From the IMG/VR virus record IMGVR_UViG_3300025853_000057, positions 12,565 to 76,564 of that record: a stretch of DNA of 64,000 nt; one strand, 5' to 3'. Below, in pieces: positions 22,801-29,340 of the stretch (position 1 is its first letter; each line of letters opens with the position of its first letter). The notes beneath the pieces were generated by a model, which did no database searches, was not told the DNA's origin, and worked only from the letters and a program-made list of their open reading frames with translations. This stretch comes from a virus. The translations under genes were made by a program, and so were the position numbers.

Positions 22801-25800
22801 AACTCTGGAGTTATTTCTTCACCCTTGGTTAACTTATCAAATAAGCTAACCATAGCATTGAAGTTCTCAGTAAATACTTCTCCTTGCTTAGTAAGGACAA
22901 GATTTCCATTCTCTATAGCAACAAAAGAAGGATTTAAAAGCTTTACATGGTTAAAATTATCTATACTGAACTTTGAACCATCAGGCATAGTAAACCTGTT
23001 AGGGTCAGCTAAACCTCCTATCCTTACCTTCTTACCTTTGTATGTTACATATACATAAGCTCCTTTACCTGTCTGTCCTGTAACACCTTTAGTAATTTGA
23101 ATAGCAGGATTTCTATCACTAGAAAATTGCACACCACCTTCTGCATAGTCTTCTATAACTACAGTCATAGACTTAGCTATTTCAGCAGGAGTCATATTTC
23201 CTAAAGCTTCTTTACCTTCAGCATCTACAAAATCATCAGATATAAATACTTCAGATATGCTAGAAGAAGTAAACAGAATAGGAAGACTTTTTTCAGAAGT
23301 AGGAGAATTTTCTAAGTTTTTAATTAAAGCTTCTATATCACCAATAAATTTTTGCAGTTTTCCAGACTCTAAATACTCATTAAAAGCTGCTTGGTTTTCA
23401 GTACCAGTAAGACCAGCTCTACGCTTTAAAGCTTCTAACTTTTCTTTAGCATATTTTAACTTAGCTTTAGTCTTACCAATTTTTACATCTAAAGTATCTT
23501 CTTTAGTGTAACTAGGAGGCATGCCTTCATTAAACTCTTTAATCCATGCAGCTACAGCAGGATTTGCTTGTTCCTGCTCTTGACCTAAGTCAGGTAGTTC
23601 TTCTTCTTCCTCAGTAGGAGTTTCAGCAGTCATAGAACCATCAGGGTCACTAATAGAAGCTTTGTTAAGACGCTTGCCTATAGTATCATATAGTTTCTCT
23701 TGAACATTTCTAAGTTTATATTCTTGAGCTACCATAGGATTTACGCTAATACCAGCAGTAGTCATACCTAAATCAGAAGCTGCTTGCTCTTCTATAGCTG
23801 TAAACTTAGCAGCTTCATCTAAAAGCTCTTTAATACTATCATTAAAAGCTTCAGCTCCTTTCTTACTAGCTAGTCTATTAACTTCATTAACAAACATTTG
23901 CCTTCTAGCAGCAAGCTTTTCTAAGTCTTTTAATTTTTGCTCTATATCAAATTTATTATCAAAATAATACTTTTCTACTTCTTTCTTTAAGTTAATTACA
24001 TTATCTACTTCTTCTTTAAAAGCATCAAAGTCCAAGTAAGATGCTTCTATATCTGCTTTTTTAGTATTAGCTTTTCTAGCTTCATATTCTCTTTCAACTA
24101 AAACATCTACCCTAGCTCTTTGTTTTTCTACTTTAGCAGTAGCTTCTTCTATAGCTTTTTCATTAGGGCTTTTCTTAAGTTGTTCTTTAGTAAGTTTAGC
24201 TTCAGCTTCTTGAAGGCTATTTAATTCTTCTTCATAGGTATTTAACCACCCTTTACTACCTTTTACTGCGTTATTAAAACGCATAGCATCCATTAGACTT
24301 CTTTCGTCTATATTTAAGTTTTCAGCTATTTCCTTAGCTAAAGATGCTTCTCTTTCATCTAAGTTGTCTACAGAAGACATACTATAGGCTAAAGCTCTTC
24401 TAATGTCCTCATTAAAAGCAGAACCTACTGTCTTAGCTTTATTTATATTTTTTCTTATAGACCTTGCTCTTGTAAGCAAGCTTTGTTTTACTTCATCTTT
24501 TCTACGAGAAATATCTTCGTCTGACATATTTTCATAGCCAAACATGCTCATAAAATCTTCATCACTAAGCTCTGAGGTATATTCCTCAATCATAGTTTCA
24601 ACAGCTTGGTAATCTCCAAGTCTCATTCTAAACTCTACTTCAGAGAAGAAGGCTTCATGTTCAGCGTTTTTAGCACTAAACATATCTCCACTCTCTAGAG
24701 CTTCACTATATTCTTGATTAGCTTTATGTTGAGAAGCTACTTTTTCAACTAAGGCTTTTATTCTGTCTTTAGGATTAGAAGCATCAGCTTCTAAAATATA
24801 TTCATCTCTAAGAGGGTCTAATTTATCTTTACCTAGAGATTCCCAAATACCTCCTTGCCATCCTAAACCTTTGCCTGTAGAAGAAGGTCCTACAAAACCT
24901 GCACCACCAATGATAGCACCAAGAATACCTTCTTTCCAACCTTCTTTAGAACCATAAGTTTCTGCAAGACCTTTAGCAAAAGATTCTGCTAAATCTACTT
25001 GTTCTTGTTTGTTCTCTACATCTAAGTATCCTGCTACATAGTCTAAAGCTGTAGCATTGATAGTACCTTGACCCATTTCTTCAAAGATGCCTTCTGCTAC
25101 AGGTCTTTCTGCTACATTATATACTTTGTTAAAAGCTTTTCTATAGTTGCTTTGATAATCAGATTTTTTAATATACTCCTGTTTCTTAAGTTCTTCTATA
25201 GGAGTGTTAGTCCTTTTAGAAGCTCTAGCTAATTGTTTGTTAGATAGGTTTTCTGTCTTTGTTAAACCCTTAGCTACTTTATCTTTTTCTTGTTTTAATG
25301 CTCTACCTATTTTTCCTGGAAGTTTAGGACCAAATGTAGTAGGTAGTGTAATCATGTTACCTACACTAACTAAAGCTGAGTTAGCTGCAAATACACCATT
25401 AGCTACATTATAGATTTTATCCATAGCTTCAGCTAACTCAACTTCTGAAGGCTCTCTACCATTTTCTTTTATAAAGTCTTCAATAAATTGAGTTCTAGCT
25501 TCATCTGCATAGTGCCTAGCTTCTACACCAGCTTCATAGAATGTACCAGTACCTATCTTCCTTAAACCTCCTAATACCTCGTCTGCTGTATTTAAGTTGC
25601 CTAGTGTGTTTAATCTTCTAGTAGCATCTCCTACCTTAGAAGTTTTAGTGAAAGCTTTTAAAGCTCTAGTGGTTCTACCTAATGCGACAGGAGTAGCCAT
25701 ACCTGCTGTTAGCATTTCTGTAAGTACAGCACCAGCTACAAAAGACATACCTGATAATACATCATTAGCCCAAAAGTTAGCTGTAAACATTTCTCGTAAT

Positions 25801-26372
25801 AGGCTATAATCTTCAACTTCCTTTCTTACATAGTTAGGAAGATACTCATCCATAGCAGCATTAGCATCATCTAAAGCTCTTTGGAATGCATTATCATAAA
25901 CATTCTTAAAACTTCCTGTAGCTGCCCCATAGACTAATCCAGGAATCATAAGTAAACCTCCAGCTACATTAGTTGCTGTTTTTCCTAAAAACTTAATACT
26001 CCCATTAGCCCATTGGTCTGCTACAGATTGGTCTTCTGCAAACAGGTCTTCAATATCTGCACCTATATATGGAGTTTGTCCAGTTTTTTCTACATACTCT
26101 CTATACCTTTCAGCAGCTTCACCTGTTAACCTCTTAGGTTTAAAAGCAGGGTCTGCTGGAGATAATATAGGTTCTTCTCCTGTAGATTCAAAGAAGTCTT
26201 GTTCAGGGTAAGCTTCTTCAAATTCTTTAATTCTTTCATATTGTTTGAATTGTTCCTCCATTGGAGAAACATTAGGAGCATAAGTATTAAAGAAAGCATC
26301 ATCATTAGTATTACCAGCATTAGGATTATCAATGTATTCCCATTCGCCAGTAGCTTCGTTAAATTCCCACAT
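10893..26372 (-). CDS. giant virion-packaged RNA polymerase polyprotein (phi14:2 gp66-like) with two zincin HExxH domains and a C-terminal ADP-ribosyltransferase-like domain
   Basis: 5159 aa; GVRIPTDDKHSM and GADFDVD catalytic motif (16095-16109); HEAFH (~20750) and HEFAH (~12485); VYHGT...FDKF...YF (~11350). Confidence 0.9.
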   Translation of the reverse strand: MWEFNEATGEWEYIDNPNAGNTNDDAFFNTYAPNVSPMEEQFKQYERIKEFEEAYPEQDFFESTGEEPILSPADPAFKPKRLTGEAAERYREYVEKTGQTPYIGADIEDLFAEDQSVADQWANGSIKFLGKTATNVAGGLLMIPGLVYGAATGSFKNVYDNAFQRALDDANAAMDEYLPNYVRKEVEDYSLLREMFTANFWANDVLSGMSFVAGAVLTEMLTAGMATPVALGRTTRALKAFTKTSKVGDATRRLNTLGNLNTADEVLGGLRKIGTGTFYEAGVEARHYADEARTQFIEDFIKENGREPSEVELAEAMDKIYNVANGVFAANSALVSVGNMITLPTTFGPKLPGKIGRALKQEKDKVAKGLTKTENLSNKQLARASKRTNTPIEELKKQEYIKKSDYQSNYRKAFNKVYNVAERPVAEGIFEEMGQGTINATALDYVAGYLDVENKQEQVDLAESFAKGLAETYGSKEGWKEGILGAIIGGAGFVGPSSTGKGLGWQGGIWESLGKDKLDPLRDEYILEADASNPKDRIKALVEKVASQHKANQEYSEALESGDMFSAKNAEHEAFFSEVEFRMRLGDYQAVETMIEEYTSELSDEDFMSMFGYENMSDEDISRRKDEVKQSLLTRARSIRKNINKAKTVGSAFNEDIRRALAYSMSSVDNLDEREASLAKEIAENLNIDERSLMDAMRFNNAVKGSKGWLNTYEEELNSLQEAEAKLTKEQLKKSPNEKAIEEATAKVEKQRARVDVLVEREYEARKANTKKADIEASYLDFDAFKEEVDNVINLKKEVEKYYFDNKFDIEQKLKDLEKLAARRQMFVNEVNRLASKKGAEAFNDSIKELLDEAAKFTAIEEQAASDLGMTTAGISVNPMVAQEYKLRNVQEKLYDTIGKRLNKASISDPDGSMTAETPTEEEEELPDLGQEQEQANPAVAAWIKEFNEGMPPSYTKEDTLDVKIGKTKAKLKYAKEKLEALKRRAGLTGTENQAAFNEYLESGKLQKFIGDIEALIKNLENSPTSEKSLPILFTSSSISEVFISDDFVDAEGKEALGNMTPAEIAKSMTVVIEDYAEGGVQFSSDRNPAIQITKGVTGQTGKGAYVYVTYKGKKVRIGGLADPNRFTMPDGSKFSIDNFNHVKLLNPSFVAIENGNLVLTKQGEVFTENFNAMVSLFDKLTKGEEITPEFIKKTFFVKSRFGYNSLKDELLENRPSLEEYLDNSKKEVSVAYSYKEKGKEVSKSDTIVVSRRADRLDIYVKEGNSWRLLNEEDKAYRAIQTLYENSIKANPNLEGVNSQFALLYPGSTKGTVGMASLGFPSVTAPLEEDGVPEIVDGILKAAEEQVTNKKSRKEGEEIKPVTVKDSSGNNLFLSIKTSAQDKDGNYIKSNSSEAEISVVSYEDNDTVKVQLQLSSPGSKEKAFKAFINLKLSVKDGKLYFFNEEIKSLKTLIEKINGQIKYYHEKNPENQGVLDTAGKVIKIGNILKKIDAVNDENTAENLSQIKLHSAPVFKLTLNARSRTYKKKVEKEESGQDTSKSDRDKAKQAFKEKIKGIPIEQLKDKAQVDMLLQALKQQHGLTDEDIAELRSAIKGRLLLSSGEAVPGGEKPESTATDTKDDVEKAQRQLDNVESKLNPNANHPKFNVGQKHDVGNIYDVRDFKDERKDTTQEGVDVITKIHKPAEVDADGNLTERAEVEVTFFDSYEQAEEFINAQYNKYKAIAEERLAKANAELAPLESTPTQQNIPQDTIGNLQNQIDEGLALGTLVENSPEHIELERRLAELKSKDEGDEAPFSISQTEAKEKIDIKKAEQTLARMLNMRTPENPNGIFSMDDVRNLLNNVRNNGITWGAFYNNVIYLSKKAGVGTEYHEAFHAVFRTLLSPTQINSYYFAARKAYGNPTLQDLNDLRNSSSMFADLTRLELEKLWLEEQMAEAFKKYALEQEQKPKGILGILYHKIKKLLGFVKSNKNDLDILFQDIYSGKFRTAKPYNKLQSFRKPAFALLKREPYYNNQTKSLERGFLNKDQSERIINTLAIKALQLKSEKGSLSKRDILDLIRDMSSNYYSVENFRTEIDALVKSNKPKAVQIVGKIRNISKSLSIPENEKLLTDEIEMRLQVFDINTVEENAQEESFADDAPERAFDVNIAEVGGFVQLSKEMRKFIAFSSQAIDEFGFGELADLSNDKFQMASNPYTIYTAVQRGLQSTHPKDMLSKLKNLARTNSNVAAFYDHLTTNINLQLEDLGFENFDSRDSELQKDIEVLQQSALFSTFASAFALDKAEQLVVLYDKAKKDFKTFKSNTRDVNITQFNEWAKAFINSGRNNMQYREENLELIKNIRSVFTDSENIESEENLSNAIQSIKNAFSDLGINLSEGYIRFSILSNHVNTLEQYISKPETPNEKDFYEGLLEEVYLFSDVKPLTKDDLTGLSSSIAAQNNPFVKNLNESDTKTDRGAIGRLQAIAENNAVFDESVGTTTFQNAKGQDIYSFIQKTYLISETKKWNKRTETAKELLRAIRDKVSDDEGALIAQEMFKYEGTPYPYYIAKKFYQAIKHNPYLNGVEYQVNSDGNTTSTLITEDNEAYSLAVLKQLQTFLMDGLRTTSLSEVEVDGEAEFVEDTYKNSDASSYAELDGGGIDLVKLSMFAESIGNKLRKLFRLPGARGLAKDNRAKERTLAPFITQVNSDKNTQTATNLPVHEFVNRDGELNTLGVEFLFRDILQEYEDLANVQQEIKFILENDGVDNNGNPVFDIEGYHYKLREDGTKDYTKGKGHDFFLYKAALQKYSPELYQQLLADAREGKPLTKERLEPFIQSYAQDLFGQYLETLASPARSLIRKEETTSDEKKTQEEEKSEEAVAEEAETVTVYKNKMLPKFYEKNDGTVNITRLKEYFFNDMLGSMAFGNLIHGNLKMSYKDMVDFIKRMSKTIAAGPPLGTGTTKVAVVRSVEAKDRFDKDSVDAANIKDLDSQDTTDAQNIGTLSWYRRKYLTSLGKKTKAVDEIYNRLEKGYKLTPSEIKTLKDAGALVMPRKIVGTNRWFYDKTSIVTLLRSQTSYVETKEDREQLDYLYDLLFDARRVNDVNRMQELYKQIHAIWKPIPSERLNHDTLNYLESTGTDILAYDSSMKGAKINVGSISGNNEVGFIVDSEGFDVDDEAFKEQVKTDNLKSKIIDPIQALALLFSEQKSTTKVSVFGTTTTLGDLQDAFENLVSLRTEEGFKEMQKIISSNDKPRYTYLLKLFKESLMQTGADSYLIEMVSAMEGAEDLPKYNLNMPSTIDKLESMFLSFVSKNVLKNKAPGHKFTLRTDHGTGVMELDGKIITDKEFRSNPSKYAGKVTTRRLAYRKKDADGKYYTEIKISAQFAEHLNLKKGDELPPEILEMYGVRIPTDDKHSMGYFKVVDFLPMETGNEIIMPYEILKLSGADFDVDAEYVRVVDYFIDSNDKIHWFGQYLKADNVEEAIKQAREEYIREKSQLYDVKENTKEALLKNKKYQEALEALNNLKSELNKLKPSAEEAKQQIAEILSSIDEAFEEGNIEDADVTETSDDNLDTSLKGIKDFSELTALMLEENVARGNLKEIQRVLNQYKSKIQNTKNFIRTVRTEESIKQLDKLGYSASEDAFNQRFSEVISANRSSFEKGNISAINPLTITEINNLLVPVAGAFIYNDTNEDISNEVTSTEAFDKLEKRLREAGVKDNTEVTGIYDPLNKTNASVNNATGTKNIGPVAVFNLIFQRLAKAGVSLSAEWMEAKEVAETFKEYAKGFKLSRNQKDDSILNNVGIRVNNLIGQNLNAMTDNGKDPKASKFNMAYQLLGTSLTQMGLGKGFNEVVLSGMQPAVVQLVNLINADSSPIKEGEYSQGFFKLVAKTLGEYQGKDTEEVALTEDNLIQALLYAQDPTSSTLTEAQYNFIQVNALQTIKLFKEVSDFLRNFTDIIGLAKGAKPTFSENYNVQESIKNLGLRVVLRKDGNPQNLNDYSIEHVEGYAARDYPLDLLDLVKKDKILSTNLKAQTAIINHESPKFFLLEAKPAKDIVEVLKTSLRPNTMAIDDKAKKIRKSLLSFLSMRAYKHQYANKVKGLNLTKLFDPSYLHELYAEVSALDEVGSNEFLGALLPEVIPFKNKATRLDGHSLYKMSLNTRTKNNSDYVQKLMDSFRELYTSENPKARLFAARAFYYLLMKDGGLFKNDSFIRQIAPHYLTNISNSLDEVQDLFAGLSNKTFVRVFGISKGELIQEFVDLYARYQPNGYDLRTTSSKNLFKDYSKDEEFKAFVEELKQDKEAGNITKEQLIQIIKQNSPVFKDDRNGVIRFDLYAGVEVKPSGAFSSNDKMKMGINAQAIKGTGLVSKGSNGKLNYPAYFKIVEFSPEGIPTSRIYRLYAVQKQRSKVSIKDGLPEASDTVTLNKDGNLFNEGTDVNGVAAYYKAVNPILTKEISPFFWTIEDINAGVEALDYIREEKEEQTTTTAEEQQAEATTLSPELQNFLNQLSSVSKAEVKPETKATPTEKTPVEKKEEPSPEITKEYLLKLFDQLPNSDNKNFMKPMFNSFLSDINENKDKIESILKNLGGKNPFQSKSSEKQTINREQLSSLLDKLSAKFGIDWEFDTSIPGLGQFKNGRVLINPDKARLDTPFHEFAHPFVAIVKLQNPLLYKNLTKQVNNSELGKKTLARVQKNYPELSYEEQVEEAIVDLIGQYAADLESVKQEKGLWNAIKTFLRKVSEYIKSLLADSKKAIIPSELNPETTLEDLASMLVVDNPVNLGRLANRTYRSTPKARGTIKPGVQELFDSNPELANQVYEALGFVKGINELKVQDFKTKIGEATQLEEQVNKLKKYVEQFRTAYFVVNIDEDIQSDIFFIKEEAEEALKEYNNRGNLKFELETTVGLTEKEIEIYKDVIDFLAENPDQNPLNEEEYTGAKKLEAYLKYKHEITSKQIRKVLIGNKEKERLTDFITINLELSQAQKIEGESGLPNNLVELELSKITPQQKQQALQLYSQYLDTIFPDSKVKDIVYHGTNAKFDKFDKSFYQSGADYIYFGKLNTPGFKSLSRTITAIINLKNPSTFIDNNINKVNNDDGFIENYSKNFIQSLSEEQFEQGEFLNQYGVEKPEQIHILGSQKDIEGFRGFVNNQLQAPMESTEDRATTLFSTFVNVNDADVLELLNNCN

Positions 26373-26400
26373 ATATTATTACTTAGATAAAAGTAGAATA

Positions 26401-26408
26401 CGAATTTA
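26401..26408 (-). promoter_or_regulatory. putative Bacteroidota-type -7 promoter element (TAAATTCG) upstream of vRNAP
   Basis: One-mismatch variant of TAnnTTTG about 30 nt before the ATG; similar motifs in other intergenic gaps. Confidence 0.4.
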
Positions 26409-26430
26409 AACAAAATATGTTACTTAGCTA

Positions 26431-26793
26431 TCAATAGTTAAACTCTACATGATAGTGAGGAACATTACCTTTTACTTCATGGTATAAGACTTCAGCACCA
26501 TATTTAGCTTTCCAAGCTTTACCTTCAGGAGTTAATAACCAGTCCCAAAATTTTAAACCTTCGTCATCATCTCTAATATCTATAGCTTTACCAGCTACAT
26601 GAGGAGGATTTTTAGGTGCAGAAGATGAATCATCTTCATATAAGGCATCTTGCTCTTCTTGAGTTCTATAGCCACTGGTAACAGTAATACCAAAAGGTAT
26701 TTCTTCTGTAGGTGACTTTAAATAGTCAGTTATAGACTGCTGTACTTCAGCAGTTTTATATTTTACCTTCTGTCTCTTGCCTGAGGTCTCTGC
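26431..26793 (-). CDS. peptidase M15 (LAS Zn DD/LD-peptidase) domain, predicted -1 frameshift extension of the 857-aa protein
   Basis: 120 sense codons read by hand: ...GITVTSGYRTQEEQDALY...PHVAGKAIDIR...PHYHVEFNY*; no ATG/GTG/TTG in frame; in-frame TAG just upstream of the slippery site. Confidence 0.85.
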   Translation of the reverse strand, partial: AETSGKRQKVKYKTAEVQQSITDYLKSPTEEIPFGITVTSGYRTQEEQDALYEDDSSSAPKNPPHVAGKAIDIRDDDEGLKFWDWLLTPEGKAWKAKYGAEVLYHEVKGNVPHYHVEFNY

Positions 26794-29336
26794 TTTCCCA
26801 CACTACTGGAGGAACCTCCTTGTCCTCCAGCTAATAAAGTTCCTAAATACCCTAGATAAGTTCTAGCATCATCAGCATTTTTAATATTTGTTGGGTCTAA
26901 GACTTTACCTTGAGCATTTCTAATACTACTTACCTCTATTACTTCACCATTAGGGGCAGTTACATTAACTTTAATAGTAGCTTGTGCAGTTCTAGTAAAG
27001 TTGTATATATATCCTCTAGTATCTCTAATAGGAACAGAAATGCTTTCTGTATTTGTAGGGTCTAATGTAAACATAGTATCATAGGCAATATCTAAAGTGC
27101 CTAATTCACTTTCATTAAACATTAGATTTGTTCTTAATAGATAAGATGCATCTCTTACTCTGGCATCATTATCTTTAGACATCTGTATAATAACTTCCCT
27201 AAAAGCAGGAGCTTCTGTATCTATTAAAGTTTCAAATGTAGCTGTCTTACCATCTTCATCTGTTACAACAATAAGATTTGTAGCTTGTCCACTAGAGTTA
27301 GCATTTATATAAGCAGCAGTTACTTTTGGATTATCTCCAAGTCCTCTATCTGCAAATATTTTTTCTAATGAGTTGTTTCTTTCATCCTTACCATCTCCAC
27401 CAGCAGCCTTTTGCAGGTCTACTAATAAAAGATTAGGGTCGTCATTATATTTTTCTTTTAAGTTACTTAAAAAATTACCTACAGCTCCTTTTTTACCAGA
27501 GCTACCAATGTTTATTTCTCTAATTCCTATCCTCTCACGTTCAGATTCACTTTGAAGTTTTTCTACATTTTTCGTAAATTTAGATGTAAAACCTACAATA
27601 TCTGCTAAAGGTTTAGTTAAGGTAAAGGTATTAGTACCTGTATAATTGTACTGCTCAGTTACAAATCTCCAAGCTCCTTCCTTGCTATCATATTTTAAAA
27701 TCCCTAAGTCTTTTAATTGAGATAAACCTTCACTATTTTCTACTTGTAAGTTAGAGTATTTCTGATGTAGTAAGTTTCTAGTAGCAAAATCTCTATTCAT
27801 TAGAGACCTTTTATCAAAACCAGTTTCTTTAGATACTAACTCTAAACCACTAAAAGACTTTTTAATAATTTCATCACTTAAACCAGACTGTTTACCAGCT
27901 TCTGTAAATATAGTTTCAAGCCGTTCTGCTTTTTCTGAAGCTTGCTTAAAGGTACTATAATTTGTAAGAATACTATTTACAACATCTAAATCCCCTGTTC
28001 CTATATTTGGATTTTGTTTTAAGTCTACTATAGTCTGAAGCATTTCAGTTTGTAGAGATTCTACTTCATCTCTATTAAAACCAAATTGGGTCTGTAACCT
28101 ACCGCCTTCTTTAAAATAGTCATAAGGATTAGCCATCATTTCTACAAAAGTGTCGGGTAAATTGTAAGCTTGCTGTAATCTTGCAGCTAGTTCAGGATTA
28201 CTATTTTTTACTTCTTCATACTTTTTAATTAACAATTCATCAGCTCTTTCTTCAAAACTTCCTGTAAAAGCTTCTCTAAGTAAAGGAGCATATTCTGGGT
28301 TTGTCATAGCGTTACCTACTGCTGTGGATACATAAGTAAGAAGGTTAGAATAAGACTCTTGTTCAATTTCTTGAGCTACAGTAAGGTTTTTAGAAATATC
28401 AACATCCTGAGTAGAAGCTCCAGTACTTACCATCTCTAAAGAGTAGTTATCATCTTCATCACTTCCAGTACCTCTACTTCCACCTCCAGGTACATTAGTA
28501 GCTTTTCCAGGAATATCTTCTTCATTTCTATAGAAGCCTTTAGATGCTACACCTGTAACCAGATTTTTAATATCTTCAAAAGAGTTTAAACCTAAAAATT
28601 CTTTTATATAACGATACTGGTCTTTATCTCCTTGTAGTACTCTATTAGTATATTCATCAATTGCTTCTTGAGTAAAAGTATTATCTAAATTTAAGTTAGT
28701 TATTTTTTTCCCATCAGGTGTTAACCAGATTAATTTACCTTTCTCATCGTAGCTATAACTACCTTCTCCATAGATTTTTTTTATAGAAGGTTTTAAGTAA
28801 CTAAGTAATTCGGTTGAAACAGTTTCTTCTACTTTATCTTCAATAGGAGTTTTAATATCTGCTTCAGAAATTTCAGAAGGGTCTTTCCATCCCCATTGAC
28901 CTGTAACAGGGTCTTGCTTCATTAAGTCAGCAAAGTAAAGAGATGCTGCGTTAGGCTTTCCTAAGTAAGGAGCTACATTAGCTTCATATAATTTATAATG
29001 CTTTCTAATCCTATTAAGCTCAGGGTCAGTCATAAATTCTCTATTCAAAGCTCCTAGCTGACCTGTAACTCTACCATAAGAGCCTTTATTTTTTTCAAGC
29101 TCTTCTTCTAAATTAGCTATAGAAGTGCTAAACTTATCTCTATAAGCTTGAGCCATACCTGTTTCTTCATGCCAAGGAGCAGCCTCTATAGCAAACTCTG
29201 ATGTTCCTAATTGAGTTCTAGCAGTATCTAAACCCTTCTGCTTAGTTTCCAGGTTTTGCTGCATGAACTCCAAAGGCATATCTATGAATTGAGATTCATA
29301 GGGAGTATCTACTGGTCGTATAAATCTAACTGCCAT
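26763..29336 (-). CDS. virion ejection/cargo protein
   Basis: 857 aa; MAVRF...YESQFIDMP N-terminus; lies between the cargo polyprotein and vRNAP; ends in a flexible GGQGGSSSS linker. Confidence 0.7.
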   Translation of the reverse strand: MAVRFIRPVDTPYESQFIDMPLEFMQQNLETKQKGLDTARTQLGTSEFAIEAAPWHEETGMAQAYRDKFSTSIANLEEELEKNKGSYGRVTGQLGALNREFMTDPELNRIRKHYKLYEANVAPYLGKPNAASLYFADLMKQDPVTGQWGWKDPSEISEADIKTPIEDKVEETVSTELLSYLKPSIKKIYGEGSYSYDEKGKLIWLTPDGKKITNLNLDNTFTQEAIDEYTNRVLQGDKDQYRYIKEFLGLNSFEDIKNLVTGVASKGFYRNEEDIPGKATNVPGGGSRGTGSDEDDNYSLEMVSTGASTQDVDISKNLTVAQEIEQESYSNLLTYVSTAVGNAMTNPEYAPLLREAFTGSFEERADELLIKKYEEVKNSNPELAARLQQAYNLPDTFVEMMANPYDYFKEGGRLQTQFGFNRDEVESLQTEMLQTIVDLKQNPNIGTGDLDVVNSILTNYSTFKQASEKAERLETIFTEAGKQSGLSDEIIKKSFSGLELVSKETGFDKRSLMNRDFATRNLLHQKYSNLQVENSEGLSQLKDLGILKYDSKEGAWRFVTEQYNYTGTNTFTLTKPLADIVGFTSKFTKNVEKLQSESERERIGIREINIGSSGKKGAVGNFLSNLKEKYNDDPNLLLVDLQKAAGGDGKDERNNSLEKIFADRGLGDNPKVTAAYINANSSGQATNLIVVTDEDGKTATFETLIDTEAPAFREVIIQMSKDNDARVRDASYLLRTNLMFNESELGTLDIAYDTMFTLDPTNTESISVPIRDTRGYIYNFTRTAQATIKVNVTAPNGEVIEVSSIRNAQGKVLDPTNIKNADDARTYLGYLGTLLAGGQGGSSSSVGKQRPQARDRR
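26793..26799 (-). other. -1 programmed ribosomal frameshift slippery heptamer G GGA AAG
   Basis: X XXY YYZ in the correct phase (GTG GGA AAG), nine codons before the TAA of the 857-aa ORF; same heptamer as lambda G/T. Confidence 0.8.
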
Positions 29337-29340
29337 TTTA

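Noticed and set aside
26126-26413. 95-aa minus-strand ORF overlapping the vRNAP start
   Set aside because: Alternative-frame overlap with low-complexity translation; the M15 frame ending at 26431 explains the gap
26431-26793. M15 region as a pseudogene or independent gene
   Set aside because: Catalytic motifs are intact, there is no canonical start, and the frame opens right at an in-phase slippery heptamer, so frameshifting is the simpler explanation; an assembly indel is not formally excluded
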